From Takakia lepidozioides (taxonomy: Eukaryota > Plantae > Bryophyta), in the NCBI GenBank assembly GCA_030704615.1, contig CM060733.1:25420001-25484000 (forward strand): 64,000 bases of DNA. The letters are read 5' to 3'. This document shows positions 36,712 to 48,700 of this stretch, in pieces. The notes beneath the pieces are model-generated. The model did no database searches. It saw only the letters and a list, made by a program, of their open reading frames with translations, and was not told the DNA's origin. Position 1 is the stretch's first letter. Each line of letters begins with the position of its first letter. The translations under genes and the position numbers were made by a program.

Positions 36712-37937
36712 TTACAGCAGCGTGCAAACCTACACAGACAATGCCAAGCATAAATCCACATGCCACTCACTTGCTTGAACCCTCAAATTGCCCACATGGC
36801 CATTGAACCCCCCAATACCTCTATGGTGTGCATGTCATTTACACTAATCCCTAAACCCCAAAACAAAATGGAAGGACTGCAGATAATGACATATCTCAGA
36901 ATGGAGAGTGTTCATGGCCGCATATGTGCACGTCCCTGGAGCTCGCAAGTGAACTATGGAAACAACAGTCAATCTAGGTCTGCTCCTTCACATACCAAGC
37001 AAATATAACATGCAACCTCCTCAGATGATTGGTTTCGGATGCTCGATGCAGAACTCACTCACACGCTAAATCCTGGAAGAAGAGCACAATCACAATCCGG
37101 AGAACACAGAAGAGAAATATCAAGCAATAATAAGGACCTGCACGCACTTCACACTTGGAGATGAAGCGGTGCAACCATTGAAGACGGCCAAAACATCCTG
37201 CTTCGTAGCCCGATTGTCCATTCGTGTCCACAAACTGAACCTGTATGGCGGGACGCCAACGCCATCAAAAATCAATAGCGACATTTCGTGATGGCTGCCA
37301 ACAACACACCGTCCCGTCTCATTCTACATGCATGCAATGATATGGATGCAAGGGAAGCATGCATGTACCATGGGCAGGATGAAGGCATGCAGGGGGGATG
37401 GGGATGCGGGAGAGGGCATGGCCAGGGCATGCGTCATGTCCCCCGCAGCGGGCACATGAGGCGCGGGAGGGCGTGCCGCCCGGCAGCTGCCGCGCGGTGT
37501 GCGGGCGATGGAGGCGGGGTAGGCAGGGGGTGGCGGGGGGTCCACGCTGGCTGAACTGGCTCCCTCGCATTCAACTCCAGGCCCCATCTAATGCTTGGCA
37601 ATGTGATTGGTTATAGAGCTCAACGTTCACACAAGCATTCGGATTGGTTCAACTTTGAAACCCCACGACTTTGTGTGGACTTCATGAAATCACGCACTTC
37701 CAAGTGTCTTGGGATGCCCCCATGTGGGGTATCTAATCAATTTTATCCGTAAACACGACAAAATTCACCGTTAGCGCCATCGATAATGAACGGTCATAGG
37801 CCTGTCTAGTTGGGGTCGTATATTAATGCCAACCTTTGCTCTTTGGCATGCAAGTTTTACCCTGACTTCTGGCACTTGCTGCCTATTCCGCGTCAAGGGT
37901 TTGTCCTTCGTTTAAATTGTGTTTGCAGAGTGCCGAG

Positions 37938-40900
37938 ATGGCCGTGTTTAATGGCACTGTCTCACAGGTGAGATGTGGTGTTTTGCATAGAATTTTGAGC
38001 TGAGTTGTCATACGATAGTTCTGTGCTAGACTTATCTGTGAACCTTTTTCTTCTCAGATCGTGAGATTACACTTCGTCAAGAGCCTGGATTTTTAAGTGC
38101 AGAGTTTTGTTTGCTGATGAGACAACCACCTTGTTTAATCGTCACAACTGGTAGATGATTGTTTGGATTTTGTTTGTTGGCCCTTCCCAACAGGGTAGGG
38201 ACTACGCATCAAGTTGGCCAAAACTGACCTTAACCTTAGGGGTTGTTCCCATGAGAGTTAATGGAAACATGAAAGTTTTTAGTTACATGTTACACGCATT
38301 TTTTCATTTTTTTGTTGGCCTTGAGCAGTGACTACATTAGTATGCATGCATATGCAGCATGAAGTACCTTATACCTCGAGTGGGTCACATGCTCCTTATG
38401 TTCTTAATGTGTTCTATTCATGGCTGATTGTCTATGTATATTCATCTATTCATAGATCAAATGGTAAATATGTGTTTATATCCCAAGTGATCAGATCTTT
38501 ATGCAGGTGATAAGTTATGAATGAGGACATAATATAATATGAAGATATATTTGTAATATGCTATAATAAACATATATCTTAGTATTTTTACTTTTATTTT
38601 AATGATTTTTATTGTTTTGCTTTTAAAAATAGCCCAGTGTTGTATTGGTATATAGGTGAAAGACTGATATGTGCACGGTATATGCACTCCTATTAAATAC
38701 CAAATTAGTCAACAACAGGGCTTAAGTGTATCAGTGTCATGCCTTGTTAGCCATAACATCATTCCATAAAATTTCATATCAGTAAACAATGTCCGTGTAT
38801 CCTCGTGCCGTCAAGTTGTTGAGGATCCCCGTCGGCTGGCCAGTAGCTGTTGCTGTAGACATATATATATTATTAGTCTCACTCGAAAAATTGCGTGTGT
38901 TCCCATACAGTTTCTCAACGAGGAGGAGGCCTTGTTTGAATCACAAGTTGCAGAAGTGGAGGCATGGTGGAAGTCCGACCGGTTTCGGCTTACCCGCCGT
39001 CCCTACTCAGCGCGCGATGTTGCGTGTCTGCGGGGCACTCTGCCTCAGAGCTACGCTTCGCATGATCAGGCAAAGAAGCTTTGGAGAATTCTGAAGACTC
39101 ACCAGAGCAACCAGACATGCTCCAGGACGTTCGGTGCACTTGATCCTGTGCAGGTGATCCAGATGGCGAAGTTTCTAGACACAATCTATGTGTCAGGGTG
39201 GCAGTGCGCTTCCACAGCAACCACTTCAAACGAGCCTGGTCCCGATCTCGCGGACTACCCGATGGACACCGTGCCCAACAAAGTGGAGCAGCTGTTTAAT
39301 GCGCAGCTCTTTCACGACCGGAAGCAACGCGAGGCCCGGATGAGTATGACGAAGGAGCAGCGAGCAAGAACGCCTTACGTAGACTTTTTGGCACCACTGA
39401 TAGCAGATGCCGATACGGGTTTCGGAGGTACAACTACTACTGTAAAGCTTGCGAAGATGTTCGTCGAGAGGGGTGCAGCTGGTATTCACATGGAAGATCA
39501 AGCTTCTGTGACCAAGAAATGCGGGCACATGGGTGGTAAAGTGCTGGTTGCTACATCCGAACACATCAATCGACTCGTTGGAGCCCGTCTACAGTTCGAC
39601 ATCATGGGTGTGGAGCAAGTTCTCGTGGCAAGATCAGACTCTGTAGATGCTACACTTCTGCAGACTAACATTGACCCTCGTGACCACTCGTTCATCTTGG
39701 GTGCTAGCAACCCGGCGGTGAAAGATAAGCCTCTTGTGCAGGTCCTTGCAGATGCCGTCGCTGCCAACAAATTGGGGGCCGAGCTTCAGGCGGTCGAAGA
39801 TCATTGGCTGGAAACTGCAGACCTCCGCCTTTTCGCCGATGTGGTTGCAGATGGAATTCGAAGACTGAATATTGTAGAGAGCACCAAATCTAGCCATCTG
39901 ATCCGGTGGTTCAATGAGGTTGACAATCTCTCACATCTTGATGCTCGGGCACTAGCCGCAACGCTGGGCGTGCAAGATGTGTTTTGGGATTGGGATCTTC
40001 CCAGAACACGGGAAGGTTACTACCGCTTCCAGGGTGGAACGAAGGCCTGCATAGCCCGTGGGCGTGCGTTCGCGCCTCATGCAGATCTTCTGTGGATGGA
40101 AACCGCGACCCCAGATATCGTTCAAGCCCGAGAATTCGCTGAAGGTGTACGCGCTAAGCACCCGGAGATTATGCTGGCCTACAACCTGTCCCCGTCTTTC
40201 AACTGGGATGCTGCTGGCATGAGTGATGAGCAGATGCAGAACTTCATTCCCGATCTTGCCAAGATGGGTTATTGTTGGCAGTTCATAACTCTTGGAGGAT
40301 TCCACTCGAACGCGCTTGTTGTGGATACTTTTGCAAGGGATTTCGCACAGCGGGGCATGCTGGCCTACGTCCAGGACATTCAGCGTCAGGAGAGAACACA
40401 CGGTGTGGAAACTCTTGCGCACCAGACCTGGTCAGGGGCTAATTATTATGACCAGCTTCTGAAAACCGTGACTGGCGGTATCTCTTCCACGGCTGCCATG
40501 CAGAAAGGTTTGTGCACGCATGCACGCATCAATTGTGCCCCCAAAATTCTTCTCTTTGGTTTCTCCGTGCACGTTTGAAAATTTTGCACATCACCTGAAT
40601 TTCTAACCGATTTCGTATGAGTTTGGACTGCTTTCGTTTTTCTAATCTAGATGATTCTTTCGTCATATTTCCTCCCCTTCAGTCTTCAACGTCTAGGCTA
40701 TCGATCTGCTAACCTCCTTGGTGTTTGCAGTTTAGAGGTGCACAGGAGATGTTTTGCGCTGGGTTTGTATGTCAGGTGTAGAGAATTATAACTTCCAGGG
40801 AAGGGGGGGAAATTTTCCTGATCTTTTGTTGAAAATGTGGAAACAGGAGTGACCGAGGATCAGTTCAAGACATGTAGCGATGCTGATGATATGGGCACAG

Positions 40901-40977
40901 TATTTGCCAAATCGAAAGATGTAAACACGCACAAGTTGACATTGCGAACTGTTGGAAATGGACAACTATCTGTTTGA
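37938..40977 (+). CDS. ICL: Isocitrate lyase copy 2; exons 37938-37967, 38911-40507, 40847-40977; open frame but PTS1 lost
   Basis: Uninterrupted large exon with KKCGHMGGK. In the last exon TCGAAAGATGTAA (vs TCCAAAATGTAA in copy 1) shifts SKM* to [21 protein letters not shown]. Confidence 0.88.
38180..38815. mobile_element. ~640-bp AT-rich insertion in ICL copy 2 intron 1
   Basis: Absent from the copy 1 intron. Flanked by TTGTTG at 38174-38179 and 38816-38821 (possible TSD). Confidence 0.6.
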
Positions 40978-41116
40978 CCAAAAGACATCAGTTTGTTGAA
41001 TACTATAGCTTTTCTGCACTCGACTTCTCTCCTACTTCTCTCAAAAAAAAAATTCCAATTAAAATTTTTTTCCCTAGCACTTACGTTATCTCATTCATAT
41101 TATTGTGGAGGGTGGA

Positions 41117-41568
41117 GAGTCCCACCCCCTTATTAAGGATATGTAGAGTTATGTGTCTTTACATATCTAATAAAGGATGAATACAATTCATTCTCGCGCC
41201 ATGCCCCACTTATTACTTGCCTAGTATTCTTGAAGGACTTGGAACTTTTTCCCATTCGTACTAGATAGGGTTCAGATGTGAAGCAAAGCTCAAAAAGACT
41301 CAAGAGATCTCGTTGGCCACTAGGAGATAGGGAGGTTGAAAGCGAGACTCGAGAGCTATAAGCAAAAAAGAAGATAGATAGAGCCACAAAGACACAATGG
41401 ATCTAGAAGATGAGTTCTAGACGGAGTATCAACTAGGGAGTATCAAAGTAAGAGGAAGATAAAGTATATACATAGACAAAGACCTGACAACTTATGTGAT
41501 ATGTCATCTTCTCAATAAAGGCAGAGTCTCTAGGATTAATGGAATAGTATGAGTAGTTTCATTATATG
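41117..41568. other. ~450-bp segment specific to copy 2 downstream of ICL (possible LTR fragment)
   Basis: Interrupts homology with 10650-10745. Type not established. Confidence 0.4.
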
Positions 41569-42772
41569 GCATATGTTTATATATTTTGAGAGAGTTGCTC
41601 TCAAAACAGAGGACTATTGGAAACAGCTTTCTTGCTCACGGTAGTATATATTATAAATAATTCATACCGGTGCATATGACGTTGAAGTCAGAGCCACCAA
41701 TTTCAGGCTCTGTACTCTCTACGAAGTGTGCTGACCATATCAATTGGGGATAAATTTTGCACAATCTGGATGAATGCAAAACCAGGTAGTGGGATTGACA
41801 TGCTTGTTAGAGTGTTTGTTCACTTCAGTGTAACACCCAGATGAAAGGCTTTCCAGTACTAGTTAGAGCATCTCTGACCATCTCCTGGTAAATTCGGGGG
41901 GTGGGGGGGGGATGCGCAACTGGTAGAAGTGAGAAGGTATATGTCTTCGCACCAGCTTTCTCGCACTGTTCAAGTGCTGGAAGCTGTCTACATCCATGTG
42001 TCTAAGCCAGTCAAGAGGTTCAAACCGACGCAATCCGTGCATGAGATCTTCGCTCTTGCATCGATTCATATGGAACAAGTAATCAGGTTTAACCAGGCAC
42101 ATGTGTTTAATCAAGACAGACATCCAGATGAAGCAAAGTGTCCAGATGGAGAATTCCAACATTATCTTACAATCGTTTTAGTTCACTGCAGTAAGAATCA
42201 CAGGGCACAAATTTGTACTGACCAACAAACTCTACCATTCAATTTGGATCTTAGACAGTATGCATTTCAGTTTGATTGTGTGCACGCGATAACTATTTGA
42301 AGTGATCGAAATTTTGACCCATGATAGCCTAGCTAGCGTATGATAATATTGTCTCCTCGAGATTGTCTCAAGGGAGAGATCTCGGCAGTTCCCCTTACCC
42401 ACAATTGAGTGATGACACGAGAGCTGATCTCCGAGTTCTCTAACTAGCGACCTCAGAACTAGCGAACTTGGCTCACCCCCGTGTACTGACATCTGCCCAT
42501 ACTGAGGAGTCGATCTGGAGATCGTCAGCCGTCAAGCTTAACATTTTTACAGACCGGTTGACAAATGTTCACGAGCAATCACTGATTATTTCTGATGGGT
42601 TGTCCAGATGGTGATGCCAGTCTCATGCCAGTCCTACTTGTGACAGCTTTTGCCTCCAGGATCTGAACGGAGGAAACTGACCCTAGTTAGTGAAGTGCTC
42701 ACCGATATAATTGCTCAAAGATAATTACAGCTCAATCGGGAACACCCAATATATGCAAACAGCCTTTGAAGC

Positions 42773-45700
42773 TCACGTTGATGCAGTGTGATCAGTTGCA
42801 TGACCTTGTTGCTTGGCCACCAACTGTGCATAGGTGCCCTGGCTCGCAAGCAGGGTGGCGTGGTTGCCTTGTTCGACAATATATCCTTGTTGCATCACTG
42901 TAATAACATCGGCGTTTTGAATTGTGGACAGCCGATGGGCGATCAGGAGGGTGGTGCGGTTACCGGTCATGAGCCTGTCAAGAGCCTCCTGCACAACGTG
43001 CTCCGACTGCGCATCCAGAGCAGATGTGGCCTCGTCCAGGAGCAAGATGGAAGGGTTCTTCAGTACCGCTCTTGCTATGGCGATTCGCTGCTTCTGTCCC
43101 CCTGACAATTGCGTCCCAAGGTTTCCCACCTGCCCAGGCAGAGTCATTTTTATCAGTGTATGAATTCTCAACCTGGAAGCTGTAACCTGAATGTAAACGA
43201 TAGCAATGAACCAAAGCTTCCATACTCGATACTCCAGGTTCTGATAGTCGGACAACCTAGCCTAGTGACCTGGTATTAGGGGCATCATACTTATCCTCCA
43301 CTGATTGAATCAGGCTGCAGGATATTTGTTCTGAAGGAGTTTTACTCCACATAATCCGAGAATAAAAAAAGATTCTAAGCACAGTATACATTCCTGGCCG
43401 GGAAACTCAAACTAGCTAGTGTTTTTTTACTCCCAGGTCAAATCATTTGACACATCGCTGCAAGCAAATGTCCAGAGGCTTTGTCCAAATCTGCCTACAG
43501 GTCTGGATCTGAGACTCCGTTTTGAAATTGTATAACGCTGTCCAGTATAGGCTGCCCTCACCTCAGTGTCGTATCCCCTGGGCATGGCACTAATGAATGT
43601 ATGTGCATTTGCTGCCGTTGCTGCCACTATCACCTCTGCTTCTGTTGCAGCCTCATTTCCATACAGGATATTGTTACGCACGGTTGTGCTGAACAGAGCA
43701 GGCTCTTGCTGCACGAGGGCAATGCGAAGGCGTAACCATCTGAGGTTGATAGATCTGATATCCTTTCCATCAATGAGTACTCGCCCACCATTTGGGTCAT
43801 AGAACCTCTCAATGAGAGCTATTGTCGACGACTTTCCTGATCCGCTTGGGCCAACCAAGGCCATCGTCTTGCCTGCTGCAATCTTTAAGCTAAATTTGTC
43901 TAGCACAATCACGTCTGGTCTGGAGGGATACCGAAATTCAACTCCTTTAAACTCTATATGTCCCACTATTTCTGTGGGTTTCTTTGAATCACTGCCGTCA
44001 GGATCAATCTTAGTTTGGTAATCAATCATGGAGAATATGGAGCTCAGGGCGTGAGCACAATGAAAAATGGCAGGTACAAGGGCCAGAACCTCAGTAAGAA
44101 AAAAGGCTGTGTTTGTCAGAACTTGGAACACACGCATAGAATTCATGAACGTGACGATTCGGTGCTTGATGAAGAGAGCAATTGCGATGATAGCCACACC
44201 ATTGCAGAACTGTTGCAGTGACAAGAGACAGACAAATGAAATCACCCAATGTTTAAGCTCCATAACATCTGGATTATAATATCTGTACGTCTATTATTAA
44301 TCAGTATATAATGGTAGCTTTAAAGATTGTTCAAATCAGGTAGTATAAACTGAGATTCATTACCCAAAGAATTGATTCACTAAGGTGTCAGTGCAACCCT
44401 CACCTGGATGGAAGATTGCGAAAAACCATACAGAGCCCCTTGTTTAAAGCCTTGCTTCAAGCTGCCCTTGAGAGGCTCGTCCAGACTTTTGTTCAGGACA
44501 TCAAGAAGCCGGTCCTCAGCAGTGAAGGAAGCCACAGTCCGAATATTGGTCACTGCCTCCGCCGCCACCTGGCTGGCCTTCTCGTGTGCCTTGTGAGAGT
44601 CACCGGCAAGCCCACCCATTGCCTTCATCTGCTCATGCGATCAGTTCATGCACACTCATCGGACGTCAAAATGAGATGCAACGCAGCCAACTGACACACA
44701 TGTGGCCAAGACTTGCAGCTAAGGTTAAAACTTAAAACCGGTCCACATAGAGCTCTACTTACTTCTGGAAGAGATTACCCCCAGAAGATGGGACTTGTCC
44801 AGTATCCGACCTTGGCCTCCCAGGTCCAGTGTATGATTTCAACATAGATGCAGCCCTGCTCGATACTAGTTAACTACAGTGTTTCAGATGTCTGATGAGA
44901 ATGATCACCCCAGCGATGAGATCAGAAGTGCTAAGCAGCGTATCGCATCTTTATCGAGATTCTTTAGCACCTGATTCGTCAAAAATTTTGATGCATGGAA
45001 ACCTTATCTTTCCTCGCACAGGCCCTTTGGGCTTCCTCTTTACGTTAGTCTACAACTATGTCCGCGGCCCGGCCCCCCCTCTGCACCCAAGCCAATTTTT
45101 CCTTCCAAATATCTGAAGGCTACTAGAGCAGTGAGCAAGCAGTCATCAGTACCACGCCACATTAGCTCTCCGAGCTTGTCTCTCAAACCAAATCACCAGA
45201 GCAGATGTTTGCAAGTAGTAACTTATGATCACAGGCTAGACTTTACTTGCTCAAGAACACCCGCTTGAGAGCTTACGGTAAGATCAAGCACACTGCCCCT
45301 ACAGAACGTGCAGTGTGTGACGTAGCGTGTACACAGTTTCTCTGCTTGGATCAAATGAACTCAATGTACTTAATGTAGCTTAGATAGTCACATTTTGAAT
45401 TGTGTACTACAGCTGTAAGAATGTCTCGGGAGTAGTAATTACACGAGTTCATCAGCTGATTCCGATTCTTTGGGAATACCTGACTTGAAGTACTTAACAC
45501 TTTCTAAAGGATAATTTCAACATTTGGTGCACCCGGACCTTCGGGTGACTCAGGCGTCCTGATTTATGTTACTCATGAACTCGTACTCTGGGATTAAGTC
45601 CGAAGTATCTCTCGTCCTTCAGGAGGTTTTGGTCAAGTGATCTTTAGGAAACAGATTAATTATGTCAAATTTTCTTATATGGGTTTGCCACTGGAGACAT

Positions 45701-48700
45701 CTGAGAATATGTATGCTGTACATACATACATAGTAGTGTTCAATTCTCTGGGTGATAAAACTTTACCATATAGAATCCATTCAGGAGGAAGCTTGGCAGA
45801 ATTGCGAAGCAGACTAGGCCAACTTGCCAGCATGTCGCAAGGGCCAGAACTACCGCCACAAGGATCGCCGCTCCAGATGCAAGAAGGTCACTTAAGAGGT
45901 GACTGATGAGTGCATTGACCTGGGCTGCATCGGTGGCCAAGCGGCCAGTAATAGTGCCACTGCTATTTTTGTCTTGATCGTACCAGCCCACTTCATTTCT
46001 CACAATAACTGTGGTTCTCACACAATGCCCCAGTTAGATTAAAGACTCTGAAAACTCACTGTCCAAGATTATCCATCTAGCCACAGTTTTTCCGCTGCTC
46101 GTAGTCCTACGTACGATCTTCCACCTAATCTAAAGGATTGGAAAATGAAGAATAGTGCTGACTTGAAGATTGTCATCTGAAGCAGTCTCGATGTGGCTGT
46201 ACCTGAGAAGATCTGTTCTCGCACTGTTTTTGTTAGTTTGTTGCCGACACTTCCAAAAAAGAAGTGCTGCAGTGTTTGGAAAAGCATCCCCAAAATACTT
46301 AGGATCACAAGAAGCAAGGCCCACTTGTTGACCCTCCTCAAAATCTCGTCGTGTGGCGCGAAGTACTCGACTACTGCAGTAAACATAAAGAAGGTGAGAA
46401 GAGGTTTGACGGCTCCTGCTCCTCCGGAACCTAGACAACCGAGGACGACACCCTTCCACTCTGGCAGAGCCAACTGTAACACTCTCTTCATCGTTGATCC
46501 AGCTTGTGCATCAATGTAATGTGGTGCCAGGGCTGGTGCGACTTTCTCGACATAAACCCCATCTGTTGACGCATCCATGGCAAATGAAGCACTCGTGTCG
46601 CTGGAATGTGCATCCAAGGGGGATCCCATTGGGGAGAAGGCCACGCCAATATGCGCTTCAGGAGATCGCAAGTGGCGCATGGGTCGTGACCATGAATGTG
46701 TGCCGACGGAGCCAGAGGTCACAGTTGGAAGCCTGCATCATAGAAAAGCAGACATCTAGACTTAAGTTGTGGCCATTTCTGAACATGCTCACCTACAAAG
46801 ATCAGGCCGCCGGTTACGAGGGGATGGTGCCAAGATTTGAGGTGCAGACTTTCAGCGATGTGCCTGGTGCAACAATACTAGGACCCTACTAGGATCCCTC
46901 AGGAAGGGTGTTAGATAGAATCCACAGTCCCAGGTGAGATGCAACATCACAGAGAGGGAGGAGAGGGAATTCCGCCTCCAGCTTAAGAGGGGCGGATACT
47001 TACAGTAGGAAAACGGACTTGTAACCAAATTTCCAGATCCTCAAACACAACTTGTGCAAAATAGATCATCTAGATTCTTCAAGCGCTAAAAAGACAGGTA
47101 GTACATACGGCGATGCCATTTTCTCTGCCTTGTCACCAGTTTGCAATCGGACCAAATTATAGTAGGCTCCACCAAGGTCCATGAGATCAGTGTGACTTCC
47201 CCTCTCCACAATTTTCCCATTTTTTACAACCGCGATGGCATCGGCATTGCGAACAGTAGAGAGGCGATGGGCTACAACGACAGTGGTACGCCCTGCATCG
47301 GAGTCAATTGTGATTTAGCAAACACGCCCAGTGCATACATGTACAGAATCGTGTAGATGCAGTCGAATTTGGGGATCATGAAGTCATGAAGTCACGCTCA
47401 ACTGGAGTGTACATACTGCATTTAAGGTCTAGCAAGGTCTGGAGAATTTCAACCAAGCTTTGGTACAACTGGTGATAAGGCTTGCAAGTGACTTGCTGCA
47501 AGCTGCAGTATTCATACCGATCATGAGGTCGTCGAGGGCGGTTTGCACTATTTGTTCAGACTCAGCATCCAATGCACTCGTGGCTTCATCCAGCAGAAGG
47601 ATGGCCGGGTTCTTGAGCACTGCTCTGGCTATGGCTAGCCTCTGCTTCTGCCCTCCGGACATCTGTGTCCCTCTCTCACCCACCTGCAGGCATCATGGTG
47701 GTCTGTCAAGTGATACCAACCAACTAGCTGGAGTTGACTTGGATAGAAGACGGATGATGAATTGTCCGAGTTCAACCATTCAACTAGCTGGCGCTGGGTG
47801 AACCCGTCGGCCACCACCACCATTAGAACAACTTGTTTGCACCAGTTCATCCGTCTTATTGCTTGTGAAGACTATCAGAGAGATCAATCCATATCCTGCT
47901 GAACTATGAATACCTGGGTTTCATATTTCTGAGGTAGCTGGCTGATAAAGGAATGGGCATTGGCAGCTTTTGCAGATGCTTCAACTTCTTCCATGCTTGC
48001 ATCACTTCGCCCAAACATGATGTTCTCTTTGATGCTGGTGGCAAACAGTGCAGGCTCTTGCCCCACCAACCCGATATGGCTTCGCAACCACTTGAGATCC
48101 AGGTTCCGTATGTTGTGGCCGTCGAGCATTACCTCCCCTAGAATCATACAGTCCAAGAGAAATTCAGAGAACTTTATGCTTAGTTGAGGTCAATCTTTCG
48201 ATCTTCAATCTACCATTGAACTTGGTAAGCTGTATATGTACGTGCACACGTGTACACTGTAACTTAAGACTGGTCGTCACTGCAATTTGTATGAACTGAA
48301 ATCGTAAACATACCGAAATCCCAAATCAGTCCCTCCTATAAAGTTGCCCTCCCACAAGGGCAAACTTCATAATGCGCAATCGAAGTCGTCTTCGTGCGTG
48401 ACTTTAGTACTCGCTAGATCAGATGGAGGTACAAGTCGTCCTTCACTTACATTGCAAGACATATGTCCCCAAAGGTGACACAAAGAAAATACACTTGATT
48501 GTATATCACATGTGTACCTTTGAAGGGGTCATAGAAACGTTCTATGAGGGAGATAACTGTGCTCTTCCCCGAGCCACTTCCACCGACCAGTGCGATACTC
48601 TTGCCTGCAGGAATTACCAAAGACAATCCCTTGAAAATGGGTGCCTCGGGGCGAGATGGGTATGCAAAGTGAACTTCTCGAAATTCAACTTTTCCTTCCA

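Larger units (their letters stand above)
30454..37809. mobile_element. 7.4-kb cassette bounded by inverted repeats (21-bp terminal IR plus ~280-bp GC-rich subterminal IR) containing two PPR-DYW pseudogenes
   Basis: Left end CTAAACTGGCCTATGACCGTT versus right-end reverse complement CTAGACAGGCCTATGACCGTT (19/21). Inner IR 30599-30880 vs 37325-37602. No transposase or TSD recognised. Confidence 0.55.

Noticed and set aside
40508-40578. ORF-track C-terminus of the 548-aa ICL (LCTHARINC...)
   Set aside because: This is intron read-through; the true last exon begins at 40847 (GVTEDQF).
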